From: Epiperipatus broadwayi
Taxonomy: Eukaryota; Animalia; Onychophora
Length of the DNA stretch: 64,000 bases
Direction: 5' to 3'
Assembly (NCBI GenBank): GCA_028023455.1
Contig: JAQFVV010000007.1
Coordinates: forward strand, 2,914,001 to 2,978,000
In this document: piece after piece, positions 40,135-54,420 of the stretch
How the letters are laid out: each line of letters opens with the position of its first letter
Position numbering within the stretch: position 1 is the stretch's first letter
Notes under the pieces: model-generated
Told to the model about the DNA's origin: nothing
Databases searched by the model: none
The model's input: only the letters and a program-made list of their open reading frames with translations
Translations under genes and position numbers: made by a program

Positions 40135-42099
40135 AAGTAGGCAATAGATAGGGATTTTATGCACAAAACTTCTGGCATCCATTGATTACTCTGGTTGGCA
40201 AAGGGTGGCACTACTGTATGGATAGTTTTACCTTGTTTAATAACAATTATGTGCTTGTATAAGAGATGGTGATCATGTGATGTTTAGTGGTTTATCCTGA
40301 AATCTTTTATCAAAATATTATTCATCAAAATATTCCATCTATTTGAACTATCATGAATGTCATATTAAAAACTGTTATCTGTGAGTTTAATAAATTTGAA
40401 ACATTTTTCAGGACTGTGTAACTTTCAATGCACTGAAATAGATCTAAATTGATCAAATCAGCAAGGATTACTTACCAATTTTAAGCTACCAATCAGTTAT
40501 TAAACATCTGTCTTTGAATCTTTACATTGATTTCAAAGTTCTATATTCAATTTATTATTATATCTAAAATGGGAAAATGACAATGTTCAATTTAACCAAA
40601 TCTCTAATATCAAAATCATTCTCAAACAATCAATCATGATTCTTTTTTTTAGTGAACCTAAGAATGGATTTATTGATACACATCACATTTTTTAAACAAT
40701 TCCATTTCTTAATAGAAGAAACTTAATCTCAAATAAGCAATTTTAATGTTTAACAAATCTTGAAATATAAAATAAATGATAATTACTACTAAAATACGAT
40801 TATTAAGTTTCTTACTTGTTTCTTAATATACCTATTATTTTTATCTTAATATGATCTGTTTAACAATGAGTGTCTACATTGGTAATAAAGATTCTTTTGC
40901 ATTATGGTTCCTAACTAGGTACACAATACCAATGTTTTGAGTACAGACAAGTGAAAATCCTGTATAGGAATTATCGTATCTAAGCATAGTCAACCAAACA
41001 ATGGTGCAAAAATTCAATAATGGTCAATATCAAGTTTCAAGAAAAAGAATAAGATCTTTTGATTATATCTAATAAGGAAGAAAAGCTTTATTTTATTAAA
41101 CATTCTGAATCTAATGGTAAAGCATACACAAATATTACAATAGTTTGTAATACCATTAGTCTTTTATTGATACATTTAGAAATTCCAAGATTAGTGGATA
41201 GCAAATTATATCTTACATCTAATTCAACATCATGCAGTCTTTTTCCATTTGAGATTTTCTCTTATTTGTAGTCATCTATCTATTCAATAAAATTGGTTTC
41301 CTCTATATGATGAATTTCATCATTCTTAAATCTTGACAATACTTTAAGTTCTCCATTCACATCTTCAAGCCATTTTCTATATCCTTTCATTTTTCTTTAA
41401 ACCAGGTAAATTAAAACAAATCATAGATTCTTAAAAAACAACAACACTGCTTTAAAACTAATTTTTAAGAGAAAATAGTTATCTTTGCTTCTTCATTTAT
41501 TAATTAATTCTTTTCAAAATAAATTAAATGTATCATACAAAAAATTAGTTCAATTAATATATAAGTAAGTAATAATAGAAAAAAAATTTCATTTCAAACT
41601 CTTATTATAATTTCTTTTGAACTACATAAAATAATAAATATTTATACTATTATTATTCTTACAAATTAAATTGAAATACCAAATTTATCTTCTATTTTCT
41701 TAATATTACATATATAGACAAACACAAAAATATATCTAAACATTTGTATACTGTAATGGTATGAAAAGTAGGATCAATGTAAAGATGTAAACACATCATC
41801 ATTATTCTCAAAAAATAATCAAAAACAATAAGCAAATGTAAATAAACATAAAAGACTAAGGAGATACAAATGGATCAGCATAAAATAAGTGTAAGTATAA
41901 CAATAATTATAAGCTATAATATCAACAGCAATTATACTAATAATCATCAAGCCACCCCTTATGACTGTATTTAAAAGATTCAATAATTAATGCCAAACTT
42001 AGGGCATGATATAAAACAATTATCTCACATCCTTAAGTTCCAAAGTATCTATCATAAAAATAATGCTGGAATCTTGATATTATACTGATCATCATCAGT

Positions 42100-43300
42100 G
42101 CTATGGCCATACAATGCCATGAGGTACAGGTCTCCAATAAATTAAATTTTCTCTAACAATAAAAATGCAATGAATGGACTTTAAAGATAATACATTTACA
42201 TCAACCAAAAAAACTATCTGGATGTGCAAAGACAAACATAATCCCTACATCTATATAAACAAACCATTATTATTCATGCCTAGTTTGGGAAGCAAGGACT
42301 TTAAAAACTATGACTGTAAAAAAGATAAAGTAAAATATATAAGCTTGCTCTATTTTAATTTTGAATATGTTTACTGGGATAATTTACTAATCCCTAAAAC
42401 ACTATGCTATAATGAAATTCAGTCCCATATGCTGCTTATTCACAGAACAAATAGCTGGAGAAATAAAGACATTAACACTACTATTTTTTAATAATTATTT
42501 AATAAATTAAGAAAATTTAAGAAAAAAATAATTTGGCAATTCAAATTTAAATACATTTTTATCAACAAAATATAATTCACATAGTAAGTAATATTAATTT
42601 TAAACAGAATTGTTTCCTCCTTCAATAATTAAATTTGCAAAACAACATTTCAAAGATAAAAAAATTTAAATTAGTTTAAAAACTCTCTTTTCTTGTGAGA
42701 GTGAAAAGGTCCTATACAATAATATTTTGGAGTGAAAATAAGATAAAAGAAACAATGTTTCAATTTAAAAATAATAAAATTATTAATTATTACCAATTAT
42801 TTAATTAAAAAATTATCTATAAATGTAAAGGTAAATGTGCACATTAAAATATCTTTATAAGTTATGGATTTATTTTTCTTTTGAACCTTTCTACGGTAGT
42901 TATAAATTTCAGTTTCTTCCCATGTTGGTTTTTCTTCTTGTAGCTTTTTCATTAATACATATCCCCAGGGTAATGTACACAATTAAATTTCTTCATTTTT
43001 ATAAAGTTGAATCTATTCATTTTTCAATGTAATAAATAGCTTTTAGGTCATACTAATACACAATAAATCTCCTAACTTGCAGGTCAAGCTAAAGCACAAT
43101 GAATTTATTCATTTTTTCAATCTACTAATTTCCAGTTAGGTTTTAGACAGAATTAGACAATCATACTTTTGGATAAAAACCAAGCTTGTTGAAGTTTCTT
43201 TAAGGTATTCTTCTCTTTTGCATTTTTTTAGTGAACAGGTTTAATGATGTTCAGTTGCTAGCTAAAACTTAGCACATAGTGTTTTTAATCTAGTAGTGAG
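42100..43300. mobile_element. Two RTE-like LINE 3' remnants (+ 42100-42490, - 42790-43300)
   Basis: YFNFEYVYW..LIPKTL and EKPTWEE...ITYKDIL resemble the RTE C-terminal FGHV...PK...GRP..(Y/W)KD motifs. Confidence 0.35.
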
Positions 43301-43626
43301 ATGAGTCACTTCAGACTAAAATTATGTCACTGTACTCTTCACAGTTGAACTTCTGCTTCTATATTCAAAAGCTTGATGAAGAATGACTATTCTTCACAAG
43401 ACACTGAGGTTTACTGCTCTAAACTGCACCAATATTATTTTTTTGGAACAATCCTGTATCCAACCAATCACATATCCCCTCAAACATGCCCACATTAAAT
43501 CCTGACCAATTGAATCTTTTTACAAAAAGGTTTATTTCTTTCCTTTTTTAAATTAAAAAAGAAAATCCCAATCATAAAAAAATTCCCCTGTAGCCATTTT
43601 GCTTTTATGCCAAAAAACAAATAATC

Positions 43627-44594
43627 GGTAATTATAACGTAATTGGGCTTGGCCACTTGATGGTGTTGTTAGCAGTCAAAAACAATACAATGTACGGTTT
43701 ATGGGGCCGTGTGATTTTTAAATCTCCTCCTTTTTAGTTATTAATTGATAGATTGCTAGAACTTTTTTGCGATGTCTATTTAGCGATATCTTTCGCTTAA
43801 TTATTGCTTTCTACATAACAAAACAACTGTGTAGGGTTAGGGTTAGTTTTGGGTTAGTTTTAGGGTTATTTTTAGGGATAGGGTTAGTGTTCTGTTGTTT
43901 ATAATGCTAAAATAAAAAATATCAAAATCGTAACTGTAGTCAGACAAAAGGAAGAAACTCGAACTTTGTTAAACAACAACAAACACATATAAATGTCTTC
44001 TTTACTTATTAAACATGTTTATAATATGTGCTTTCTATGAAATTTACAAAAAATCATGTATATTTTTATTAGACAGCAGAAATACTCGGCTTCTGTTTTC
44101 GGCTACTGTGGAAAAAGCTATGTGATCGCCAGCCATTTTATGAACTACGTGGTATTTCACGTGAAAATGAGATTTCGCATGCGAACTCAGCCGAATTCTG
44201 TTGACGTACCCTCAGCAAGCTTTTACACATTACACCTTCTCTAAATAAGAGTGTGGCCATTTGGAAAATTACTATAAAGTCAGGTTTCTTAAATTCATTA
44301 TAAATACAAAGAATGTGTAACGTATATTGTAAAAATTTGACTAATCAAACTACACACACATATATATCAAACTGTACATGAAAGATAAGTGTGTGGATTC
44401 ACAGTAACTGTCGCGAAGCAGAAATAGGCCGTATTATTTCTGCATTACATCATCATCAACGGCCTTCTAATGGCTAAGACAAATATTAGATGTTTTCTAT
44501 AGCCGTAAGTCAGGCCTTGTAAATGGCATTTGTTAGGTGTTTTGGCAAGCCAGAATGCCATCAAGTGGCCAAGCCCGATTAGGTTATAAGTACC
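43627..44594. mobile_element. Merlin-like MITE (968 bp) with an internal telomere-like TTAGGG tract
   Basis: TIRs ggtaattataacgtaattgggcttggccacttgatgg / ccatcaagtggccaagcccgattaggttataagtacc begin with GGTAM (Merlin GGNRM). 8 bp TSD aaataatc (43619-43626, 44595-44602). No ORF of note. Confidence 0.85.
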
Positions 44595-45949
44595 AAATAA
44601 TCTTTTAATTACTCTTTAATTTGAAAGAATTGCTTTTAGTTTTGTAGAGAAATAAAGAGAAAAGAAAAAAAAAACAACTTTAATTAATAAAACAAAATTT
44701 CTGATCAAAATGTTAAAATCTTAATTTTTTTTCTTTTCTTTTAAAAACATTATTTATCTCTCTTACTGTTATCTTTTCAAATGAATTAAAACTAAATGAT
44801 TACTGAAGAGAAAGAATAAAAGAAATTTAACTTAACTTATATTTTTCTCTTTCTTTTACAAATACTTCTTAACAAATTATTAATATTCACATTATTTTAA
44901 AAAAATGTTTACAATTTCCATATTATCATTTAATAAATAAAAAATATTTAAATCAATTATTATTACAAAAAATATGAGAAAATTAGATATAATCATTTCT
45001 CCATTCTAACTTTAATTTTATACACATACAATATATGACACGTGCAAAGTTGGCTCATGTCTACATTAAAATACATAGGCCATGTATAAATAAAAGTGCA
45101 CAGTGTATAATTGTGTATTAGTAAATATAATTTAGAATATTTTTAAGTTTTTTCAATCGCTTATCCATAATAAATAAATTCATATTACAAAAACACTCAA
45201 TACATTATTTCTCCATATTTCTCTTAAATGTTAATTTTACCTTCAGCACCAGTTTTAATAAAACAATATATAGTATCTGTATAATATTTTTGTAAAAAAA
45301 TAATTGATTAGCAGACTGAATATGCAAAATGAATGTTAACATAGTTGAAAAATGAGGCATTACAGGTTCTTAGACCTACAATCAGATAGATAAATTATGA
45401 TTATATTGCACTTTAATGCAAAGTGGTGAAGTTATTTAACTAATAAACAATAATAATCTTTGGCTTAGCGCTTTCGGGGTATGTTAACTCCCATAATCAT
45501 AACTAGCGAAGTAAATAGTTTATTATAGATAAATTATGTGGAATATAAATACGCAAACTTCTTAGTTTTTAAATATATATATATATATTAAAAAAATCTA
45601 TTAAGTACAAAATAAAAATAGCTCTACACAAAAACAATAGCAACAGCTTTTATGTACAGAACTTTGTCAATACATTTATCTTTATTATCAAAAAGAAATT
45701 TGTTATTAACTGAAATAATCTTTTATTCCTCTTTGAATCTTAAAAAATAATAATCCAACTTTCTAAAATCCATTCCATAAGTTATTACCATTGCAGTTAT
45801 TATTACTACATGATAACTTTATAAGATACACCAGCATAGATAGGCTGTTCACCAATATGCAACAGCCAGTATGGCTAGTTTCATAGTTAATTCAAACATC
45901 AATTTGGTAAAAATAAGATGTATGTTTCACTGCTCATTATCTTTTATAT

Positions 45950-48300
45950 TTATAATCATAATAAAAATAAATTATGGCTTTCATAGTCTAGAATCTATAC
46001 TACTCAGCAGCTAAGACAGCAATTGCTTAATGACAACAAAGGGTATTAAGGATCATAAAAATATTTATCCAGGCTGCTCTTTAAAGATGACCTTTTATTT
46101 TGTTACCTATAACTATAGATCATTTTCATGTAATGAAAAATTACAAGAACTGCACATTACTGGGCTTTATTTTATTATAAAAATACAAATATTGGAAGCA
46201 CAAGTCGAATGTGATTCATTATAAAAAATAATTGAAAGAACAAGATAGAATAATAAGAATGGTTATTCAATTTACTGGAAGACAGCAAATATATATACCA
46301 ACAAATTCTTATTTTGATGGCATTTTTATAAAAATGTACAGATTACTTTGATCACATCTAGATACATTTAAAAACTGCTACAACAGATTTCAATGCTAAA
46401 CATCAAAAAATAAGTGAAAGGTGAAAATGCAATGAATATATTTAGAGCAGAAATGAAAGAGAACATGGTTTTACAAAAGTTTTAAGGAAAAAAAAAAATC
46501 CAATGTGGAAGTAAACACAAAAACATCCCTTCAGAAATTCAACAAAGTTGGATTATTATATTTTAACTAATAAAAAGTATGATTTCAAAATTGTCATGTA
46601 CTTATTAAATTCAACACCAATGTGATTACTGATTAGTGGTATGCAAGATACATGTTAAAGATAAAAACTATTAAGAAAGACAGTACTAACAACTGTTATC
46701 TCTAACTTTTAGAAACATTCCAATTAAAATTTGCAAATTGTTTTAAAACACTAACAGATTTTAATAATGGTTCAGGCTTGAATTAGCTCAATAGGATAAC
46801 TGACACTCTACTAAGGACTATTACAAAAATAAGCTGTACAAAAATGAATAATTAATTAATAAATTCTCAATTAAGACAAAATAATTTATGAAGAAAAGGA
46901 ATATGAAAATATTTACGAATGATTCATTTAAAAAAATCAAATAGAATTCTGAAATCTGATATGAAAAACAGTCATTTGGAAGTATAGTTGAGAATTAATT
47001 AAGAAAACCATAAAAGAAAATAATTTAGCATAAGTATAAAGCTACATCGATACTAGAAGGAAAGTTGTTATGAAAAAATATGGGACTATTATTTAAAAAA
47101 AGACACTATGAAATGACTGAAAGATTATTAAAATAAACTATATACTGATAAAGAACAATAAAATACTTTTTGCAATTAAATGTATGAAGAATGAAAAAGC
47201 TCCAAAAAATGACAGAATTGTTGATGGTTTAAATAAAAACTGATGAAATAAAAAAGAATAGTTGACAAAGCTATATAACTAAATATGACAAAGATATACA
47301 AAATGATTGAAAGCACTGAATAATAATATTTAAGAAAAGTGAAAAAAAGTTATTAGAAATTACAAATCTATCAGTCTTCTCAGAATTTTTATTAAGCTCA
47401 CTAATCCACAAAGATCTCTGGACTCAAACCAACCATTAGATTTAGAAGTGGTTATAACATAGTAGAACCTATCTAAATATTAAATTAGGGAAAGAATAAG
47501 TTAGTATAAGTTCTTACAATGTATTAGTAATTTACAAAAAGACTATTGATTCTAAAAAGTTATGTTGTCAAATTCTGATGAATATTTATCAAAATGCAAC
47601 AGTAATTAATATATTACATGGTAATATTAAAAAAATTAACACTGGCAAGGATTCGACCAGAAATTTCGTATTTCTTTTAATAGAAGTTTTATGAAAAGTA
47701 TTTTGTGAATGAAAATGAAAACTAGAAAAATAAAAGTAAATGAAGATTATTTTAGTAATCTAGATTTTGAGAATAGCGTGGATGATTTGCAAAGCACTAA
47801 AACTTCATAAATATCAAATGAAAGCAAGAGAATAGAACTAAAGAAAATGGTAAAAAAAAAACATAATGTTCAATAACTTAATAAAGATTGATAATAATGA
47901 ATTAGAAGTTAATGTTTATAATTACTTTAATCAGATTATTATTACAAATGAAAACATAGTGAATGAAATTAATTATGGAATTAAACATGGAAATGTTTTT
48001 GATAGAAATATTAAAAAAAATATATGTCTGTGTCTTTGAAAAGGTCTTTAATGTTGAATTTGAAACTTTAAATCACAAAGTAAAATAAAGAGGTAAAAAA
48101 ATAAATGAGTATTATTTACATCACTGAGAGAGATGAGAGGCTGAAATGAAACTGGCATAGACATACTGCTCGAAGAGATTATAACAGATGGGTAATTAAA
48201 ACTTTAAACGGGATTAGAGACTATACTTAGATACTACTGTGAATGAAGCGTTGAGATAAGTTTGCAAAAGTGATATAAAAAAAGAAAAGAAACTATGATT
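45950..48300 (+). mobile_element. Heavily decayed RTE LINE copy
   Basis: Collinear similarity to 50190-52445, for example the gattattttagtaatctagattttg region resembling DYLNHLxFADD. Confidence 0.55.
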
Positions 48301-48899
48301 AAATTTAGAGAAACCATTTTGCAGATTGACACTGATGACTTTATTCTCAACATGAAAATTCTATTAACAAAAACACAATTAATGATGTCAAGAATTCATT
48401 AAGGTTCAAAAGGCCCTAACTTTCAATGAGCATTTATGCTTTTAGGTAAAAGATTAAAAAAATCTAGCACAATGCAGGACATATTAAACATTCTGTGCAT
48501 CAAAATATAGTTTAATATTGAGAAAAAAATGCTTGTAAAAAAAATTCTTAAATAGAAGTGTTGCTGCGATTACTATCTTTTTTTGCTGATAGACAATAAT
48601 AGTTGCACTGCCTAAGTGTCCATAAATTCTAATACATATATATATTTTAAATTCTTTGTTTTTAACAGTGTCTCCACTGTAACTCAATCCTATCACAATT
48701 ATTTATCAACCCAAAAATGTATATTGATGCAAGAAAGACCTTGTAAGATAATAATGCCAATCACCTGTATAACCTCATTTTTAATTTACTTAGAATTTGT
48801 TCTTTTATGTAGGGAGCCCATAGCCAATTCAGATAACGAACTAAATACTGGTCTGTAAATGAATATTTAGCCAAACTTGGCTATATGAATAAAATAAAG

Positions 48900-49240
48900 A
48901 AGACTAACCATAAATCTCACACTCTAGATCATATGATTAACTTAATGACTGTTGTACCTCTGTGAAGATGTGCTGGAGAAGACTATGCCACACAGGAACT
49001 ATTTAATTAAAATCTGTTTTTGTCAATATTTAATGAAAAATGAGGCTGGCAGATTCAAAGATTTCCTAGATAGACTCCCAACTGATAAAAAGGAAGAGAA
49101 AAATTTCAGTTTCATCCAACAAATTAAATCATTGTGTGTAATCGGTCCCTCTGGTGCTTGCATGTCATTTAAATTCGAAACAACCCACCGCATAATTAAG
49201 TTCTATAAAGACACACACATAAATATTCTAACAAAATAAT
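48900..49240 (+). mobile_element. Possible CMC/EnSpm-like transposase remnant
   Basis: GPSGACMSFKFETTHRIIK resembles GPxxxxWxMxFExKH. Weak. Confidence 0.3.
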
Positions 49241-50189
49241 AATGAATTTATATTAATACCCAAAAAATATTAGAGGCTGATTTACTTGCATTTACAAAAT
49301 TTATAAGCTACATTAATATATACAAATATAAGATGTGTGTATATGTGAAACACATAAAGCAGAAAAATTTTAAAAGTGTGTTGACCATAAACTTACTTGG
49401 AGTCTGTCAGGTTTAATTAACCAAGTTTTGATTCAAGTTATCAAAGGTGTAACTAGACACTAGAGCCTGAGGGTAAGCCAAGCACCACCGCACACTACCA
49501 CTCAATGACCACTAATGCTTCTCGCTAGGGGAAAACTGTATCTTCATCAACACAACAAAGACAGTGTGCAACAATAGATTCTAATGTGCCTCACACCAGG
49601 CAGAAGTGAGTCACAACATTTTCTTTTTAATAATCCCAATTCACCTGGGGAGAATTAAGAAACATTTCAATGAAAAGGGCATTTAAGAAGAACACAAATC
49701 ATTCCAAAAAAATTCATGCCCATGGAAATAAAATATTAATTGAAATAATTCATTAATTTTATTGTAAAAATTAATGTTTCCTTTTATATGTTAAAGTTCT
49801 TCTAGACATCAGACATGTCACGCAACTAATCACACATATTCCAAATCTCTGTGTATATCAGAAATTGATACCCGAAATACAAAACTATGAAATTATTTTT
49901 TTAATATTTATGTATAAACGCTATATATAAATGGTATTTGAACACACACCCATATATAAGTAACTTGTAAATAAAAAACTATAGATCTGTGCCAATAGAA
50001 AATTTCTGACTTTATGACATTCTTTACTTTAGAAAAAACACACAAAAAAAATGTTTAATACTTTTAACCTGTGAATATATTTGTTAATATCATTAAAACC
50101 AGTCAATACTTAGACAATCTCAATATCAATAATAATTAACAATATATACATAACATACAGAATAAAAGAAAGTAATGAGAATGGCTGTC

Positions 50190-52445
50190 GAAGTAGTAAT
50201 ATTAGGCAAAAACAATATTAATGCAACATTTGTTTATATTTTGTGGAGTTAGCAGAAAAAGAAAAACTTTATATTATGAATTTTTTTTTTTTTTTGAGAA
50301 AAATGTTGAACGGAAATGGTTATGGAAGCATCCAAACGAATTGAATTCTATTTTGGCAACAGAAATTTTTTTTTTTCAAGATTGTAATATTCTTAATAAA
50401 TGCAACACATGCAGTAATCACCGGAAGGATACATGTTAATGCAAAGTTAGAGAGACAAATATTATTAAGAAAAACAATTATTCACAGTTGATATTCGTAT
50501 TCTTGAAAAACATTCCAATGAACTTAAATTAGAACTTGCAAATTGTTTTCAAATATTAACAGATTTTGAGTTTGATTCAGATTTGAATGAAATCAATAGG
50601 AAGATAACTGATACACTTTTAAAAACTGCAACAAAGATATCTAGTATAAAACAAACAGCAATTGACCAGTAAAATTTCTAGTGAGACAAAACAATTTCTG
50701 AAAACAAAAAGGAATATGAAAATATAACTATTGCATTAAGAAGGATTGAAAATCTCGAATTTTATAAAATGTTACAAAAAAGAGTTGATAATGATATAAG
50801 AAAGTTTAAGTGTGAACTCGCAAGGGAAAGTTACAGAACAGAATAAAAGTCTAAAGAATGTAAAACAAAATCTTGTTATTGGTAGAAACTTATTTCTGCA
50901 ATAAAAAATAAAAAGATGGAACTTTTACTAAAAAGAGAGATGACATCATGAAATGGGTAGAAGAGTTCTATCAAGAATTATATAGTAATAAAGAACAAAG
51001 AAAAATATCTCTTATAACTATTATGCCTTTTGAAAGGCCCAGGATTTTAAATGAAGATGTGATGAGACATGCAAAATTAAATTTATAAAGAAGAGAAAAG
51101 CTCTGGATAATGATATAATCATAATCAATATCTTAAAAAAAAGCAGGAAAAGAAAAAGAATGTTTTTTGTAAAGTGCCTAAATGATAAAATGTACTAGAT
51201 TGGAAAAACACAATATTAATATTAATACTTAAAAAAGGTAATAAAGAAGATTTTAAAAAGTACAGATCTATCAGTGTTTTATCAGTTCTATATAAAATTT
51301 TTACCAAAATAATTACAACTTATCTATAGCAAATTTTGGATTTTAACCAAACAAAAAAATAAGCTGGATTTAAAAGTGATTTTAGTACAGTAAATCAGAG
51401 AAGTTACAGACAGGACCAATGAATATGAGTCGCCATTATGCTTTGGATTTGTAGATTATGAAAAGACATTTGATTCTATAAGCATTTGTTCAATGATTAA
51501 AGCATTTCATCATCAAGGTATAGACTCAGAATATCGTCATATTCTGAATTTTTTTTATAAAAATATAACAGCTCTAATTAGTTTACATAATGATACTAAA
51601 AAGATTAATATTGACAGGGTGACTCCATATCTTCAATACTTTTATAGCAGTTTTGCAAGAAGTATTTTGTGGATTAAAATAGCAAGAGAATAAAAGTAAA
51701 TGGAGATTATTTAAATCATCTAGATTTTGCAGATGATGTAATTGTTTTTGCAAATAATGCTTTAGAGCTTCAGAAATTGTTGCAAGTTATCAGAAGAAAG
51801 TAGAATTAAAGGTAAATGTTAAAAAGATTAAAGTAATCTCCAATGGACTTTCTCAAAAGAAAAAAAATAAAGATTGATAATAATGAATTAAAAAAAGTTA
51901 ACAACTACAAATATCTTGGTCAGATTATTATGACAGATGAAAACATAGTGGAAATGAACCATACAATTAAACTTAGAGTACTTTTGTTAGATATAATTTA
52001 ATATTAAAAGGAAATATGCCTGTGTTTGAAAAGAAAGATTTTTAATAAATGTGTTACCATATCTTACTTGCTAATCTTAACAGAAGAGCAGTACATAGAT
52101 TTCAATCACTTAATGAAATTTGGAGGGATGTTTGTTAGGAGTAACAAAAAGAAATTGAAAATGAAATACATGGTTGAGAAAACAAACAGGTATTACTGAT
52201 ATCACTGAAAGAATTAAAAGACTGAAGTTAAAAGAGTTGACAATAGGTGGACAACTGAAATCTTAAACTGGATTCCAAGAAATTGTAAAAGATCTATCAA
52301 GAGATACCTCATATGAGATAGATGAATGAAATAAGAAAGTGTCCTGGGATGATGTGGAGAAGAGAAGCTAGAGATCAGAGATGAATTGAACTTGGAAAGG
52401 TCATTCTGCAGTGAATTGATAATGGTTAAAAATGATAATGATGAA
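50190..52445 (+). mobile_element. Decayed RTE-clade LINE (EN+RT) with GAT-like tail
   Basis: Motifs KWLWKHPN, IFTKIITT, AGFKSDFSTV, FVDYEKTFDSI, YLNHLDFADDV, KYLGQI and a C-terminal RxxxRW.EIRK-like segment, with many stops and frameshifts. Confidence 0.85.
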
Positions 52446-53089
52446 CATTTGCTTTTGTTAAGTATCGATAGAGCTTTAAGGTAATAATAAAAAACAATTG
52501 ACACCAGTTTCGTAAATCTTTGTGAAGAAATGTGGGATACATTAATTTAAAAAGATTTGTTAATGTCCAAATAAAACCTAAGACTACTTTGTCATGATGA
52601 AAATAAATAGTGATACAACTCCTTCAATTAAATTAAGTGCATACATGGTTACTTTCTATCAAATTTATTATATTGCAGATATGCTCCTCTATTGTCATAA
52701 TATAAAAGCTGATGGAGGATGCTTCACAATATTCTGCAAATATAATGAAAAAGTCATAAGAACAATGAGTATGTTTTAAGCTCTGAATATAATGACATTC
52801 AATCCATAAATTGTAAGGCCATATTTTCATTGGATTATGTGAAATGGATGAACATTAGAAAATTTTTATTATTTAAAAAATAATTTATGAAGAACTTAGA
52901 ACATAATTTTCCCGGAAGAAGCAGGATTAAATTAAAAATATCTCAGATTCTAAGGATAATACAATGGAAAATTATTATTAGGCAAGATATTGAAATTTTT
53001 TAGAAAGAAAAGTTTCTTGCAGAAGTTTTAAAGAATGCATCTAAGATATATAAGCAGAAAATTTCTTGTAACCATTGCTATTAGTCATC

Positions 53090-53780
53090 TATATATTAAC
53101 CTAGAAGGCCTCCATCAGGTCTTGCTTTTCTCTTCAAATATTCACAGCCATGTCTTTTCTAAAACTCTTTAAACTTTTCTTTTTCAGTCTGTGCTTATAC
53201 CTCTCTACTTTATCATACTTGTTCTACTTCTTAGAATAGCAAATTGAATTCTCCTTTAATAAAATATCATATTCTTCATCTTTTCAATTTTCACCACCAT
53301 ATTCCAAATCATATTTTTCATTTCTAAATGCTTCAATCATTCATTTCTTAACTGCCCAATTTTCAATTTCATATAAAACAACTTTCAATGAACCACAAAA
53401 CAAACTGTAATTAAAAACTTGTTAACTATTGCAATTCTCGTTTTTCTGCTATCATTTACACAATCACTTCATCAACTTTTGTTATTTTCCATGTATAAAG
53501 TCTCTTCATTCTCTATGCATACAACTTATCACCCACCCATCTCATGAATGGACCTTCTCAATTTCCCTTACCTAATAAAACATTTGATTTAAGGTGATAA
53601 TTTTGATCAATTTTTCATATATATATAAACTAACCTACCCAGAAATTTCTGAGCAATTACTGTTCCTAATATCCACCTATCTTCATTGCTTTAATCAAAT
53701 TTTAGATTTATTTTTACTCTAGACTTCATATAATTTCACCAATCCAACATAAACGAATTGTTAAATTCTCCAGCAAATAT
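53090..53780 (-). mobile_element. RTE-like LINE 3' remnant
   Basis: Minus strand reads IEAFRNE..IW (like LEAFEMW) and KARPDGG near the end. Confidence 0.45.
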
Positions 53781-53949
53781 AATACAATATTTTTTCCCCC
53801 TATTTTAATTAACAAACGAACTTTTCTTTAATTATTCAATATAGTAATAGAAATAAATCTAACTTTGAATGTTGCACTGTATCAAAAATGACTAGATACC
53901 ATTGTCCTAAGCACATACAACACACTTATCTTGTTTTTTTTAAAAAAAC

Positions 53950-54420
53950 AAAAAACTAAATGACTGTTTCAAGGCCGCTTATTCGATGCTTGGTTTTTTT
54001 TTTTTTTTTTGACGAAAATAAGTAATTTAAATATAAAATTTATATTAACATTTCCTCTTTTAGAAAACTCCATTGAATTAATAATCCTCTTTCAGTAATT
54101 AATAATTTATTTTTTCTCCTTTAACTTGTAACACATTAATTTTATCAGTAAACGAAATGTTTGGGATTAATATAATATCAAAATCTATTTAATAAAAGAA
54201 ACATTGTAGAAAAAAAAAATCCTCTTCTATAGTTTTCCAAAGAGGGCTAGTGAAGCAGGATCTACTCACGGGAACTGAACAGCGTTTATATATGCTTTAT
54301 TAAAGACGTTAAAAAAAGGGGGCAAAAATAAAATGTAGTCATTATTACGTTGTAAACTGCACTTTGATATTTCCCCTTCTTTAAAATAAGTTTTAAACTT
54401 AAAAAAAAACGACAACAACA
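53950..54420 (-). promoter_or_regulatory. CpG-retaining region with a candidate short non-coding first exon ending at 54270
   Basis: Minus strand cgctgttcagttccc|GTGAGTA is a strong donor. TCAGTT is Inr-like. Several CpGs cluster here. Confidence 0.35.

Larger units (their letters stand above)
39429..40296. mobile_element. Retrozyme-like HHR element, locus A: ~390 bp inverted arms with a 29 bp spacer
   Basis: 39430-39819 is the reverse complement of 39849-40241 with scattered mismatches. Each arm carries a type I HHR. 9 bp direct repeat ctgaaatct at 39420-39428 and 40297-40305. Confidence 0.88.
38880..40400 (-). mobile_element. Decayed RTE-clade LINE RT fragment interrupted by retrozyme locus A
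   Basis: TSNGTSEAFEMKTIIKQGHVLAPFLF and YRFIYDGILNL (RTE-type), plus a decayed YADD-like motif. The sequence appears to continue past 40297. Confidence 0.65.

Noticed and set aside
39430-40241. Locus A as a classical MITE with long TIRs
   Set aside because: The ends differ between loci A and B, the monomer is tandemly redundant and permuted, TSD lengths differ (9 and 12 bp), and each arm carries an HHR.
43833-43887. True telomere or interstitial telomeric array
   Set aside because: Short, degenerate and internal to a TIR/TSD-bounded element.
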